In this document: one piece after another, positions 10,025 to 21,700 of the stretch
Position numbering within the stretch: the stretch's first letter is position 1
Layout of the letters: the number at the start of each line of letters is the position of its first letter
Virus record (IMG/VR): IMGVR_UViG_3300012286_000299
Location: 1-45,276 of that record
DNA length: 45,276 bases
DNA from: a virus
Taxonomy: Duplodnaviria > Heunggongvirae > Uroviricota > Caudoviricetes
Strand: one strand, 5' to 3'
Made by a program: the position numbers and the translations under genes
Notes under the pieces: generated by a model
Told to the model about the DNA's origin: nothing
Database searches by the model: none
What the model saw: only the letters and a program-made list of their open reading frames with translations

Positions 10025-10033
10025 ATATTTATA
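10025..10033 (+). promoter_or_regulatory. Putative late promoter ATATTTATA
   Basis: Intergenic, before ATG 10049. Confidence 0.6.
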
Positions 10034-10048
10034 TTATATATTAGATTT

Positions 10049-11068
10049 ATGGCTGTATACAAAATATTCCCTGAAAAAGACACATTCATTTCATCATACC
10101 GTTCAACTCAAAATTTCGGTAGAGATGAAATATTAGAAGTTTTTAGATATGCTTATGACTCTTCTACTCATTTAGATACTACAAGAGCCTTAATTCAATT
10201 TTCTAATACTAATCTTCAAGATGTAATCACAAATACTATTAGTGGAAGTGCTTATAGTGCTTCTCTTAAGTTATTTTTAGCAAATGCTCTTTTACCTGCA
10301 GATTATACTATTCTTGGACATAGAGTAACTACAGCTTGGGATATGGGGTTAGGTAAAGCTGCTGATACTCCTCCTACAACTACAGGATGTACTTGGAATT
10401 CACCATGGACAACACCAGGAGGTGATTATAATGCTTCAGCTTATTCTCAAAGTTTTGTTTATACTAGTGATAAAGATATTAATATGGACATTACTACTCT
10501 AGTTAATTACTGGTATAGTAATCCTAATTCTAATTATGGAGTTTTATTAAAACAAAGTAGTAGTATAGAGAATAATACTACATCATCATTTGGAAATAAG
10601 TTTTTTTCAATGGATACTCATACAATATATCCACCACAAATAGAATTAAAATGGAATGATAGTTCATATAGTACTACTTTAACCCAAATAACAACTTCTA
10701 ATTTTGATGCTGTTATTACTAATTTAAAGAATGAATTTCCTGAAGGAACAACTTATAATTTTAAATTAAGAGCAAGAGATCAATTTCCTGCTAGGTCATT
10801 TGGTACTACTTCAGTATATTTAAATGCAAAAGCTTTACCTTCAACAACATATTGGGCATTAAAAGATGCTAAAACCGAAGAAGTAATAATTGATTTTGAT
10901 ACCAATTTTACTAAAGTAAGTTGTGATAACAATGGTAATTATTTTAAAATATATATGAATGGTTTAGAACCTGAAAGATATTATCAAATAGTAATAAAAA
11001 CTATACTTTCAAGTGGTGAAACTATAATTATAGAAGACCCATTAAATTATTTTAAAGTAATTAGATAA
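10049..11068 (+). CDS. Virion protein with DNRLRE-like beta-sandwich domain
   Basis: DTFIS…NFG…RALIQF…ASLKLF…W…PGGD…DIT.LV..W…NYGVLLK pattern. Confidence 0.6.
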   Translation: MAVYKIFPEKDTFISSYRSTQNFGRDEILEVFRYAYDSSTHLDTTRALIQFSNTNLQDVITNTISGSAYSASLKLFLANALLPADYTILGHRVTTAWDMGLGKAADTPPTTTGCTWNSPWTTPGGDYNASAYSQSFVYTSDKDINMDITTLVNYWYSNPNSNYGVLLKQSSSIENNTTSSFGNKFFSMDTHTIYPPQIELKWNDSSYSTTLTQITTSNFDAVITNLKNEFPEGTTYNFKLRARDQFPARSFGTTSVYLNAKALPSTTYWALKDAKTEEVIIDFDTNFTKVSCDNNGNYFKIYMNGLEPERYYQIVIKTILSSGETIIIEDPLNYFKVIR

Positions 11069-11409
11069 TGGCTGAAGTAATTCAATTAAATAAAACGGTT
11101 TATGGTAAAATTACATATCCAAATGTAATTGATACTGAATTTAAACAATTAATTAAACCTCAAACAGAAGTAACTTCATCAGCAGTAACTGTAAATCAAT
11201 TTTTTAGTTATTATAATGATTTATTTTATGAAATACCTACTGAGGGAGATTTTAATTCACATTTAGAATTAATAAGAAGAAGTACAGAGTACGTTGGTGT
11301 AAATCAAAATTCAGGAGAAATAGATGCTCTATTAGATGAGATTAACCAACTTAGACTTGAAAACTTGACGTTACAACAAACAATAGATGATTTAACAGCA
11401 TCCACATAA
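11068..11409 (+). CDS. Hypothetical virion protein with C-terminal coiled coil
   Basis: 113 aa; TAATG coupling. Confidence 0.65.
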   Translation: MAEVIQLNKTVYGKITYPNVIDTEFKQLIKPQTEVTSSAVTVNQFFSYYNDLFYEIPTEGDFNSHLELIRRSTEYVGVNQNSGEIDALLDEINQLRLENLTLQQTIDDLTAST

Positions 11410-14400
11410 TGGAAATTACATACGTATCACAACTTGATCCAAATCAATTTATAAATCAAGATTATAAAGCAAATGATGAATCTTTACTAAATTCTTTAAA
11501 TATTAGTGAAGAATTCGGTTTACCTGATGATAAAGTAGAAGTACATGTTATCAATAATAATGGTGAGATAATTGAATCTGTATATGATTTTAGAAATTAC
11601 ACCACTAGACAAACTATTCAGGGAACTTCTTTATATAATCAAATTGAATTAAATCCTAAAGCTGATTTAGATTCATTTGGAATTAATCAAGGTCAATATG
11701 ATATAACATATTATTTTTATAGACCCCTATTCTTAAGTTCTGAAGCTAATCAATTTTACATTTCTGAAATTTCGTCAGATAGAACTGAAATCAAAATTTC
11801 TAATAATAATGTATCATATACTGATTTAGGGCAATCTTATTTAAATTTTATTGCTGAAAGAAATTCAAAAGCGTTTTATTCAGATTTTATTTTAAATTTT
11901 GGTGATAATAAAACTTATATAGGAGTTAATGTTGCTTTTGATAACTCAAATGAGGCATATGCTAATTTATATATTAAATTATATGAACCTCTTCCTGCTA
12001 ACATTAAGTTAAAAGATACATTTTGGATTGTAGAAAGTATTTCTGAGCCTTATGCTTTTAAAGTTGATACAACTTTCTTAGCAGAAGCAACACTTGATGT
12101 TGTACCTTTAAGAGGTCCTAATATTAATATTGAATTAGCAGAGAAAACTAATTTAACTACACCTTATTTAAATTTAGCTACTTTATTAAATTCAAATATA
12201 TCTTCTTCATACCAACAATTACAATCTTGGTTAGATGAAAAAAGTATTGAAATTACTGTAGATTACAATAATTTTTCTAATTTTGTTCATTTTTCATCTG
12301 CAAGAGAGAGACTTGAAAATTTTAAATATAAATTAACTCAAATCCAATCTCTTCAATCCGATATTAATGCTATAAACAATTTAAGCATTTCTTCTAGTGT
12401 AGCATACACTTCAGCTAGTGTACTTAGTTTACAAAATCAACTAAATACTCTTATTGAAAAATTAGATGGATATGAATATTTTCTATATTATGAATCTGGA
12501 AGTAATTCTTGGCCTAAAACTAATTCAACTAAACCTTATATAAATTCAGCGGTTACTACATCGGCTGCTTTAACTTGGTTTGGATCTGTTGATTATACTT
12601 CACAATATTATGGTGGTCAAGTTTTAGACGCAGATAATTATGATATTAACAATAAAGATTATATTTGGAATAATTTACCTGAATATATAAAAGCTGATTC
12701 TCAAAATGCTAATTTAGAGTTATTTACTTCTATGTTAGGTCAACATTATGATTATATTTGGACTTATATAAAAGATATTACTGATTTACAAGTTGCAGAT
12801 AATAGAATTGATTATGGTATTTCTAAGGATTTAGTAGCAGATACTTTAAGAAATTTTGGTATTAAACTTTATACTAATTCAAGAAATCAAGAAGATTTAT
12901 ATTTAGCTTTACTAGGAGTTGATTCTAATGCTGGTACTTTACCTTCTACAGGATCTTACATGATAAATAATTATGTAACTGCTTCTCAATATACTATCCC
13001 TGATAATGATATCGTAAAAGAAACATATAAAAGGTTGTATCACAATTTACCTTACTTACTCAAGACTAAGGGTACAAGAAGAGGTTTACGCGCTTTAATC
13101 AATTGTTTTGGTATTACTGATACTATATTAAAGATTAGAGAATATGGTGGTAATAAAAAAGATCAAGATATAATTGAACAAATTACTCCTAAATTCAACT
13201 ATTCAGTATTAAGAAATACTTCATTACCTGGAAATTCAACTTTAATAATTCCTGGGTCACCCTCATATAAACAATATTTAGATTTAGGAACAAGTGATAT
13301 ATGCCCTGATACTTTAGAATTTAGATTTAAATTAGATAGTAACAATATATTACCTACTCAATCTTTATTAGAATCAGTTTATTTTAATCAAATTATTAGA
13401 GTTAGTTATATATCGGAATCATATGCAAATATTGATTTTGGTTTAGATGAAGGTAGTGGTAATCCAACTTATTCAACTCCTATAACTCTTCCTTTATATA
13501 ATGACGATTGGTGGACTTTAAATTTAACTAGAGAAACTGGTAGTATAGATAAATATGATATTAATTATTCTAATACACCTCAAACATATACATTAACTAT
13601 TGGTAATAAAGATTTTAATAGTATTCAATATTTAGAATCTTGTTCAATGTATAGAGATGGAATAACTAATAGTAATTTTAATTATTCCTGGATAGATGAT
13701 CAAATATTTCCTGGAGGTAATAATTATTCTTATCCTTTTACAGGTTCACTTCAAGAATTTAGATATTGGATTGGTTCAATTCCTATTAATGATTTTAAAG
13801 ATCATATCCTAAACCCACAATCTATTGTATTTAATGGGGTAAGTGGTTCATATAATAATCTTATTTTTAGAGCTCCTTTAGGTTCTGAATTAGATATTAA
13901 TAATGGTATTCTAAATTCAGTTCATCCTTCTAATACAGCTTCGTTTTGGAATGGGACTACTTTTTCAACTTTTGATATTAGTTCTTCATATAATATAAAC
14001 TATGAGGATTACTTAATTAATACCCCTAACATAGGAAGTTTTACTGAAATAGATGAAAAAATAAGAATAGCAACTTCTAATTTAATACCTGGAGATGTAT
14101 TAACACCATATATTTCTATTCAAAAACCTGAAATATATCCTTACACTAATGACTTAAATGTAGTTGAGGTAGCTATTTCACCACAAGATTCAATTAATGC
14201 TGATATTATAGATCAATTAGGTTCATTTAATATTGATGAATATATAGGTGATCCTAGACTAGCGTCTTCTGGTTCTTATCCAGCTTTAACAGATTTAAGA
14301 AATTTCTATTTTAAAAAATATTCTAATAAAGAAAATATTTTTGATTTAATAAAACTTTTATCTTATTTTGATAACTCGTTATTTAAAATGATAAAAGATT

Positions 14401-17009
14401 TTGTTCCTGCTAAATCTAATTTATCAACAGGATTAGTTATTAATACTAGTATTTTAGAAAGAAATAAGATAGCTAGACATGAACCTATTTTAGAATTTGT
14501 AAATTATAGTGGTTCAATAGAAACAGCGTTTATAACAGGATCTAATGGGTTAGATGTAGTATATAATACTTCTTACACGTCTTCAACATCCTACATTTCA
14601 GGAAGCATTAACATTATAAGTAATGATAATAGAGAATTATTTACTGGAGAATTAGGAGGTACTACAATAATAGCACATTCTCAATCATTAGATAATATAG
14701 TATATGAATTAAATCATATACCTATATCTACTTCTCAAGCTATTAATCAAAACTTTTATAGATTACCTTTAAATCCTATTTTAAATAATGTTTTAACAGC
14801 TAGAACATCAACTAAATATTTAGATGTTGATTATTCTTATAATCCTATAATTCCTGTTAATTTCAATTATTTAACTTCAAGTTTATTTCAAAATCTTAAC
14901 ACATCAGCTTTTCCATTTTTAAATGCTCCTGTACAAGATAGTAATTATACTTTAAAAAGACATATTATCCCTAGATATTTAGGTAGTAAATTAATAGGAT
15001 TTACTTACAATCTTTATACTTATGGAGATACGTCTTATGGTAATGATCCTGTAATAGATTATAATAATGTTAAATTTGCTTATTTTAAAGAAATAACTTC
15101 TCAGTCTTTAACATTTCCTGAAAGGGTAAATGTTAATATTAAATACTTAATTAATAGTGCTTCTAATATTGTTGAATTAACTGAGGCTAATAAAAGTTTA
15201 TTTGACGTTCAAACTATATTTAATAGAACTAGTACTAATGTAGCATTAGATAATATTAATCAACCTTCTAAACAAAAATCATTAAATGGATTAAAACCTA
15301 TTTATGCTGGTGGATTTAGATATGAACCTATATTACAAAATTATTCAACTAATGTTAGCCCATGGACTCAATTACAATTAAATTATGAAAATGAAGTACC
15401 CGTTTTAAATACTAGTACTGCTCCTGTAACACAATCAACCCCAGGATTATTAACTTGGGGTACTCCTATTTTTTCAACTGCTCCCACTTCTTCATCTTTA
15501 AATACTAATTTAGACTCATTAAATGTTTCTATTAATTCTAGAGTTAAGTTCCCTAGTGTAACTAGAAATACTTTATATCAAGGTGAAATTAGACAAAGAG
15601 TAACAGGTAATATTCAACTTACAATCAAGGTATCACCTCCAGGAGATTTTGTTACTAGATTATATGATAATTATACAGGAACAGGGACTCCTAGATGGAC
15701 AGTAAATGGTCCTTATACTAATGCGTGGCTTGATACCTTAATTCCTAATGATTCTTTAACAGGACCTGGGGGAGCTTGTAATCGTGTAGGAGCTATAAGA
15801 ATAGAACCTGGAGTTACTTTACAAATAGCTAATGCCGATAATAATTTTTCTACAGCTACCTATAATAATTTTACTTCAGGGTATCCTGGAAATATTTATT
15901 TTAGTGGTTCCGCAGTTAATGGTTTAGTAACAACTAATTATTTAGGTATTCCAAGAGTACCTTTAGCAGTTGGGTATAGTGATGGTTTAGATAAAATTAT
16001 AATAACATCTAATGGTACTACTGCTTCGTTTACACAACCATCAGTAACTAACCAATTTAATCAATCTTCTCCTGCTGCCTTTAATATAGGTTCTGGTAAT
16101 TATATTATAGAAGATAATGATGGATTTGAATTAATAGTAACTTTTCCTGTCGATGGTTATATAATTTTACCTGCTAATACTAATAATGCCAGTATAGAAT
16201 TAACTAATTTGACAGGACAATTAAGTTCTATTATTAGTAATATTGTTATTAATAAAACTGTTTTAAGTAGCCAAATTAGATTTACAACAGCACCTAATAT
16301 TACTTACAATTTATCTTATCCTGGAACACCATTTATATACACAGATCCACCACAATATATTTACCAAACTGGATCTTTTGATAATGGGTTTAATAGTGGA
16401 AGTAATAATAATTATTATTTTGAAAGAGGTAATAGTGTAAATAGTGGTAGTTTATTTACTTATTTAACAGCGTCTTATGATTTATCTACTTTATATTATA
16501 ATAATAATTTAACAGATAATAATATAATCCAAATTCTTCCTACGGCTTCTTTAACAGATTCAGTTTTAGGAGGGTTCCAAGATATAACTGAATATTTTAT
16601 ACCTAAAAAAGGAGATTTAATAAGATTTTTTAATCATGATAGTAATAAATTCCCTTTTTCATCTGATTTTGAAAGAGAAATAGTTAATATATACCCACCA
16701 CAAGGTACACCTATTGGAAGTGGTTCTAATGGAACAGGTTCTTATGCCAACAGATTAGTATTTGAAGTAGGAGGAACTGATATTCCAAATCAAGCATGTG
16801 TAAACGCACCATCAGGCTCAAGTATAGGTAAAATACAAAATTTTATATTTTTATCTAAAGTACCTGATGAAACTAATGTAGTATTAATTGCTAATAAAAA
16901 ACCTGGACAAACTTCAACAGGAATATTAATTCCTGATAATATAGATAAAAAATTAAAAGACGAAGCTGGTAATATAATTAAAGGACTAAAATCACAAAAC
17001 TTAATCTAA
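11409..17009 (+). CDS. Large baseplate wedge/tail protein (gp7/P2 gpI-like core plus LamG-like domain)
   Basis: 1866 aa; NLPEYI…, LPYLLKTKGTRRGLRALINCFG, IKDFVPAK; LamG-like FTGSLQEFRYW. Confidence 0.7.
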   Translation: MEITYVSQLDPNQFINQDYKANDESLLNSLNISEEFGLPDDKVEVHVINNNGEIIESVYDFRNYTTRQTIQGTSLYNQIELNPKADLDSFGINQGQYDITYYFYRPLFLSSEANQFYISEISSDRTEIKISNNNVSYTDLGQSYLNFIAERNSKAFYSDFILNFGDNKTYIGVNVAFDNSNEAYANLYIKLYEPLPANIKLKDTFWIVESISEPYAFKVDTTFLAEATLDVVPLRGPNINIELAEKTNLTTPYLNLATLLNSNISSSYQQLQSWLDEKSIEITVDYNNFSNFVHFSSARERLENFKYKLTQIQSLQSDINAINNLSISSSVAYTSASVLSLQNQLNTLIEKLDGYEYFLYYESGSNSWPKTNSTKPYINSAVTTSAALTWFGSVDYTSQYYGGQVLDADNYDINNKDYIWNNLPEYIKADSQNANLELFTSMLGQHYDYIWTYIKDITDLQVADNRIDYGISKDLVADTLRNFGIKLYTNSRNQEDLYLALLGVDSNAGTLPSTGSYMINNYVTASQYTIPDNDIVKETYKRLYHNLPYLLKTKGTRRGLRALINCFGITDTILKIREYGGNKKDQDIIEQITPKFNYSVLRNTSLPGNSTLIIPGSPSYKQYLDLGTSDICPDTLEFRFKLDSNNILPTQSLLESVYFNQIIRVSYISESYANIDFGLDEGSGNPTYSTPITLPLYNDDWWTLNLTRETGSIDKYDINYSNTPQTYTLTIGNKDFNSIQYLESCSMYRDGITNSNFNYSWIDDQIFPGGNNYSYPFTGSLQEFRYWIGSIPINDFKDHILNPQSIVFNGVSGSYNNLIFRAPLGSELDINNGILNSVHPSNTASFWNGTTFSTFDISSSYNINYEDYLINTPNIGSFTEIDEKIRIATSNLIPGDVLTPYISIQKPEIYPYTNDLNVVEVAISPQDSINADIIDQLGSFNIDEYIGDPRLASSGSYPALTDLRNFYFKKYSNKENIFDLIKLLSYFDNSLFKMIKDFVPAKSNLSTGLVINTSILERNKIARHEPILEFVNYSGSIETAFITGSNGLDVVYNTSYTSSTSYISGSINIISNDNRELFTGELGGTTIIAHSQSLDNIVYELNHIPISTSQAINQNFYRLPLNPILNNVLTARTSTKYLDVDYSYNPIIPVNFNYLTSSLFQNLNTSAFPFLNAPVQDSNYTLKRHIIPRYLGSKLIGFTYNLYTYGDTSYGNDPVIDYNNVKFAYFKEITSQSLTFPERVNVNIKYLINSASNIVELTEANKSLFDVQTIFNRTSTNVALDNINQPSKQKSLNGLKPIYAGGFRYEPILQNYSTNVSPWTQLQLNYENEVPVLNTSTAPVTQSTPGLLTWGTPIFSTAPTSSSLNTNLDSLNVSINSRVKFPSVTRNTLYQGEIRQRVTGNIQLTIKVSPPGDFVTRLYDNYTGTGTPRWTVNGPYTNAWLDTLIPNDSLTGPGGACNRVGAIRIEPGVTLQIANADNNFSTATYNNFTSGYPGNIYFSGSAVNGLVTTNYLGIPRVPLAVGYSDGLDKIIITSNGTTASFTQPSVTNQFNQSSPAAFNIGSGNYIIEDNDGFELIVTFPVDGYIILPANTNNASIELTNLTGQLSSIISNIVINKTVLSSQIRFTTAPNITYNLSYPGTPFIYTDPPQYIYQTGSFDNGFNSGSNNNYYFERGNSVNSGSLFTYLTASYDLSTLYYNNNLTDNNIIQILPTASLTDSVLGGFQDITEYFIPKKGDLIRFFNHDSNKFPFSSDFEREIVNIYPPQGTPIGSGSNGTGSYANRLVFEVGGTDIPNQACVNAPSGSSIGKIQNFIFLSKVPDETNVVLIANKKPGQTSTGILIPDNIDKKLKDEAGNIIKGLKSQNLI

Positions 17010-17025
17010 AGAATAAGAAAGGCAT

Positions 17026-17034
17026 ATATTTATA
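17026..17034 (+). promoter_or_regulatory. Putative late promoter ATATTTATA
   Basis: Intergenic, before ATG 17057. Confidence 0.6.
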
Positions 17035-17056
17035 ATTAGTAATCGAATAAAATAAT

Positions 17057-17716
17057 ATGGGATTTTTAAATAACACATCAGTAACCGTAGATGCTATTTT
17101 AACTAAAAAAGGTAGAGAACTTTTAGCTAAAAATGACGGTTCATTTAGAATTACTCAATTTTCATTATCTGATGATGAAATTGACTATACTCTTTATAAT
17201 CCAACACACCCATCTGGGTCAGCTTTTTATGGTGAAGCTATTGAAGCTATGCCTATAATTGAGGCTTTTCCTGATGAAACTCAAATAATGAAATACAAAC
17301 TTTTAACTTTACCTCGTGGTACTGCTAAATTACCTGTACTAGATGTAGGTTATACTTCAATAACATTACGTCAAGGAGCTTCACTTGCTATAACTCCTCA
17401 AACATTAAATTACTTAGGAGCATCTACAGCATTTGAATCCTCAGGATACACTGCTACTATTGGGGATTCTAGATTATTATCTACATTTAATGGTGTTGGT
17501 ATTAATACGGCTGAAGTTCAAGCTTTGAATTCAACAACTACTATAGGAACAAATGTTTCAAGAACTGTAATTGGAGCTACTATTAATTTAACAGCTACAA
17601 CTGTTAACACATTATTTGGTACAAATACTTCTTTATCTACTATTTTAACTATAACAGGAAGAGATTCAGGAGCTAGATTAACTATACCTGTAACAATAAC
17701 TAAAGTAACAAGCTAA
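17057..17716 (+). CDS. Baseplate / tail-collar-type structural protein
   Basis: DAILTKKGRELLA…FRITQFSLSDDEIDY; Thr-rich C-terminus. Confidence 0.65.
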   Translation: MGFLNNTSVTVDAILTKKGRELLAKNDGSFRITQFSLSDDEIDYTLYNPTHPSGSAFYGEAIEAMPIIEAFPDETQIMKYKLLTLPRGTAKLPVLDVGYTSITLRQGASLAITPQTLNYLGASTAFESSGYTATIGDSRLLSTFNGVGINTAEVQALNSTTTIGTNVSRTVIGATINLTATTVNTLFGTNTSLSTILTITGRDSGARLTIPVTITKVTS

Positions 17717-17728
17717 TAAAAATATAAT

Positions 17729-18775
17729 ATGAGCTTTATAACATTAAATGCTGAAGATTTCGTAGTAAGTTCGGATTCAATAGTTTCAACACTATGGAGT
17801 GATAGTAGTACTAATATGACTAGTTTTTTCACTTCATCTACATCTACAAACTCTTCATATCTTCAAGTATATCAACAAAATTTATCTTTATACCCATCAG
17901 CTTTACCTCAATTCTCTATTTCATATGGACAAGTGAATGGGTCAGGTTCAGCTCCTATTAACCCACTAGTTCCAGGATTATCTCCTACAAGAGTTACTTA
18001 TGGTCAATTTAGAACTTTAATAAATGGGGATGAAAATACTAATATTAGTTTTGGAACAGGTAATACTAATTCACCTGATTTTTATGTAATTAATATTAAC
18101 AGAGCTAATTATAAAGAAAAATTATTTTTAGGAACTTTTAATTTAACCTTATCAGGTTCAGATGGTACTGATCAATCTTTAATACAATTAACTAATAATA
18201 GTGTAGATGTTACTACATTAACTTATTGTGATGCTGGTAGAGTATTTGATGTAGTTAGTGGTTCTAATGGTAGCTCTACAACATCTATACCTGTTAGTAG
18301 TAGTGCAGCAGGCTATACAGTTTCAGGATCATACGGTAAATTTTTACCAGATGTAGGTTTAATATTATTAAATTCTAGAGCTTTAGCCTTATCAGCTAGT
18401 CAAGGAGGTATAGGTTTACAACCAGGTACTACTAATACTAATACAACTTTATTAAATACTCAAGGTGGGTTATTTAATGCTATGAGTAAAGCTAGTGCTA
18501 CAGGATTTACTTTAAATAGTGAAGAAACAATAACATCAGATTATGTTTTTGTAAGAATAAAAAACAATGATTTTAACTATACTACTAATCCATCTATGAT
18601 AAGTGGTAGTGGGGAATTTTATTATCCTACTTTAGTTAATAATCCTCAAACTTTTATTACAACAGTTGGTTTATATAATACTAATAATGAATTATTAGCT
18701 GTAGCCAAATTATCAAAACCCCTACCAAAAGATTTCACAAAAGAAGCTCTTATTAGAGTAAAATTAGACTTTTAA
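17729..18775 (+). CDS. Baseplate / fibre-attachment structural protein
   Basis: C-terminal ITTVGLYNTNNELLAVAKLSKPLPK, tail-collar-like. Confidence 0.65.
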   Translation: MSFITLNAEDFVVSSDSIVSTLWSDSSTNMTSFFTSSTSTNSSYLQVYQQNLSLYPSALPQFSISYGQVNGSGSAPINPLVPGLSPTRVTYGQFRTLINGDENTNISFGTGNTNSPDFYVININRANYKEKLFLGTFNLTLSGSDGTDQSLIQLTNNSVDVTTLTYCDAGRVFDVVSGSNGSSTTSIPVSSSAAGYTVSGSYGKFLPDVGLILLNSRALALSASQGGIGLQPGTTNTNTTLLNTQGGLFNAMSKASATGFTLNSEETITSDYVFVRIKNNDFNYTTNPSMISGSGEFYYPTLVNNPQTFITTVGLYNTNNELLAVAKLSKPLPKDFTKEALIRVKLDF

Positions 18776-18778
18776 TGA

Positions 18779-21700
18779 ATGAGTTTTTCATACAAAACAT
18801 TAAATTCAAATGATATATCATTAACCTCCTATATAGCTAATAAGCAATGGGAGGTTAATAATACTACCTTATCTCAAAATGGAGTTACGATTTATATAGG
18901 TGAAAATTTACCTATTAATAAAACTAATCCTTTTGATCCTACAAATGACTCACAAACTTCAAATGAAGAATATAGAAGACTAGTTTACGATTCTATAAAA
19001 AATTTATATTACCAAAACTATACATCAGGGTCACTTACAGGACGATTTTTTAAATCTTCATCATTTTTTAATTATGAACAATCTACTTTGACTTCAGGGT
19101 CAATGTTAGCTGCTCATAGAAATATACCTACTATGACAGGTAGTTCTGCTATTGGAACTAACCCTACTCTTTTTAGTAGTGCTCTATATAGCATTTCATC
19201 AAGTTTGTATGATGAGACAGGATTTGATCCCGACCAAGGAAGTAAAATAGTGGTAATATCAATTGATCAAAATATATTTGGTTCAGGATTATCTCCTAAA
19301 TCTGTAATAATATCAGGTTCAACTTATAATATACAAGATGATGGTGAAGGTAATTTATTTGATACTTTAGCTACTTCTTCTTTATATGTAGGTAATGTAT
19401 TTTATTCACAAGGGTTAATAGTAATTACTGACCAAGATTATTTATGTATTTTTGGAGCCCCTCCAACTACTACAAATGATTATTATTCATATCAAAATAT
19501 AGCCTACTCTTCTCAATCATTACAAATATTAACAAATGATTTTGCAGATTGTGGAAATTTAGATCCTACATCAGTACAATTAATGGCTGTACCAGGATTT
19601 AGTTTTCCTAATTATACTATAAATAATGGGGTTATAACAATAACACCAGATCAAACTAGTATAATACCTGGTAATTATAGATTAGAATATACTATTGGGA
19701 ATTATAATGGAGTAAGAAGTAATACTAGTTCAATTGATTTAACAATAACTGCTTTACCTTTAGAAATTAATAATATAATAAACCCATCAGTTTGTTTTAA
19801 TTCAACTGCAAGTATACCTGTAACTTTTTCAATAAATTATGGAGTACCACCTTATAGTTATTCTTTAAATAATGAAACTACTTATGTGGGGGTACCTGGA
19901 TTTTTTGATAAAACTGTTAGTGGAAGTATGACTGCTTCTTTAAACAATATTATTTATGTTAAAGATTATTTAGATAATATAACATCACAATCCTTTTCTC
20001 CTTGGTATTTACCTATATCTTATACAACAACTATAACTAAATTACCATGTTCTAGTACAAGTAATGATGGTAAAATAACAGTATCAGATGATGGTACAGA
20101 TACAGCAGCATCAGCTTCTATAGATGGTGGTGCTTATTTTGCTTTACCTAAACAATTTAATAGTTTATCAACCGGTTCACATACTATAACAGTTAGAGAT
20201 AGAAATTTATGTACTACAAGTTCAATAATAAATTTAGAAATTTATACTCCTTTAACTTCTAGTGTAACTCAATCTAATGTATCTTGTTATGGGGGTTCAA
20301 ATGGGTCTATATCTGTAGCTTTTACAAACGTAACTGATACTTTAATAGTTAATTTAACAGACCCAGATTCTAATCCAATTTATGATAATGTTAATTTAAG
20401 CTCATTTCCTAATAACACTGTAACTGCCTCTGGTTTAGTTACTGGAAGTTATGATTTAAATATAAGTGCTCTAGGTACAAATCAATGTCAAAATTATAGT
20501 AACATTTTTACTTTAACTTCACCTACACCTTTAACTTTAAATACTACAGCATCTTATATAGACTCATGTTCTAATGCCGTTATTTTAAATGGAAGTGGAG
20601 GAACATCTCCTTACACTTACTTTGCTTTTAATACTGGATCAGGAATAACATATTCATCAGATTCAAGTTCAGTAAGTTTAGATGGATTAAATCCAGGAAC
20701 TTATAACACTTTTATAGTAGATAGTAATGGTTGTTCTTCTCCTACTTCAAGTATAGAAATATTTGGAAGAAATTATATCTATACAGGTTCTTTCTGTGAA
20801 TTATCAGCATTAGTAAATACAGGATATGTTTCAAGTTCAGGAATACAACAAGTATTTACTTCAGGAATTTATTCGGGTTCAGTAGTAACTTCTAGTTATT
20901 CTAATGGAACTACTTTATTTGGTCCAACTATTAATTTTACTGAGTTTTTTACTTCAGGAACATTAGATATTATATCAGTTTGTAATGGTTCACCTTACTA
21001 TAGATATTATCAAAATACTACTCAATGTTCTCCTCCAACATTTTGTATAGCTCCTACTTTATTAACAGCAGATCCTGTTAATTGTCTTGATCAAGTAAAT
21101 TGGACTTCATCCTATACTGTAACTTATGACTCAAGTTCAAACTCTTCAAGTTATACAGTTGTTCAATATAGTACTAACAATAGTTTTACTAGTCCATTAG
21201 TTACTAAAATTATAACAAATCCCTCAACAGGTTCATTAACCGTTAATACAGTTGCAGATTTAGGAATTTACACAACTCCTACTAGTAATATATACTTTAG
21301 AGCTTATAACAGTTGTAGTAACGGAGCCACTTCTTCTTGGAGTAATATAATATCAGCTTCATGTATTGAACCACCAACTCCTGAATATAGTCCTCTTACT
21401 ATACAGTTTACAAATAAATCATATGAATCTGTTAGGTATACTTATAATGGTACATCATATCTTGTATCTAATAATGGTGTTAGAACTTTTACTTCATCAT
21501 TAGTTGAATTTGGTTTAGATTTTACTATAGTAGGAAGTTCACATTATCCAGGTGTAGCAGATGAGAATGGGTATTATGTTTATAATATGGTAGTATCAGG
21601 TAGTAATATTCTTTTAGGTAATATAAGTACTGCAGTTACCCCACAAGTTGATTCAGGAAATTATCCTTCTTCTTTAATCCCATCTTATACTCCAGCTTCA

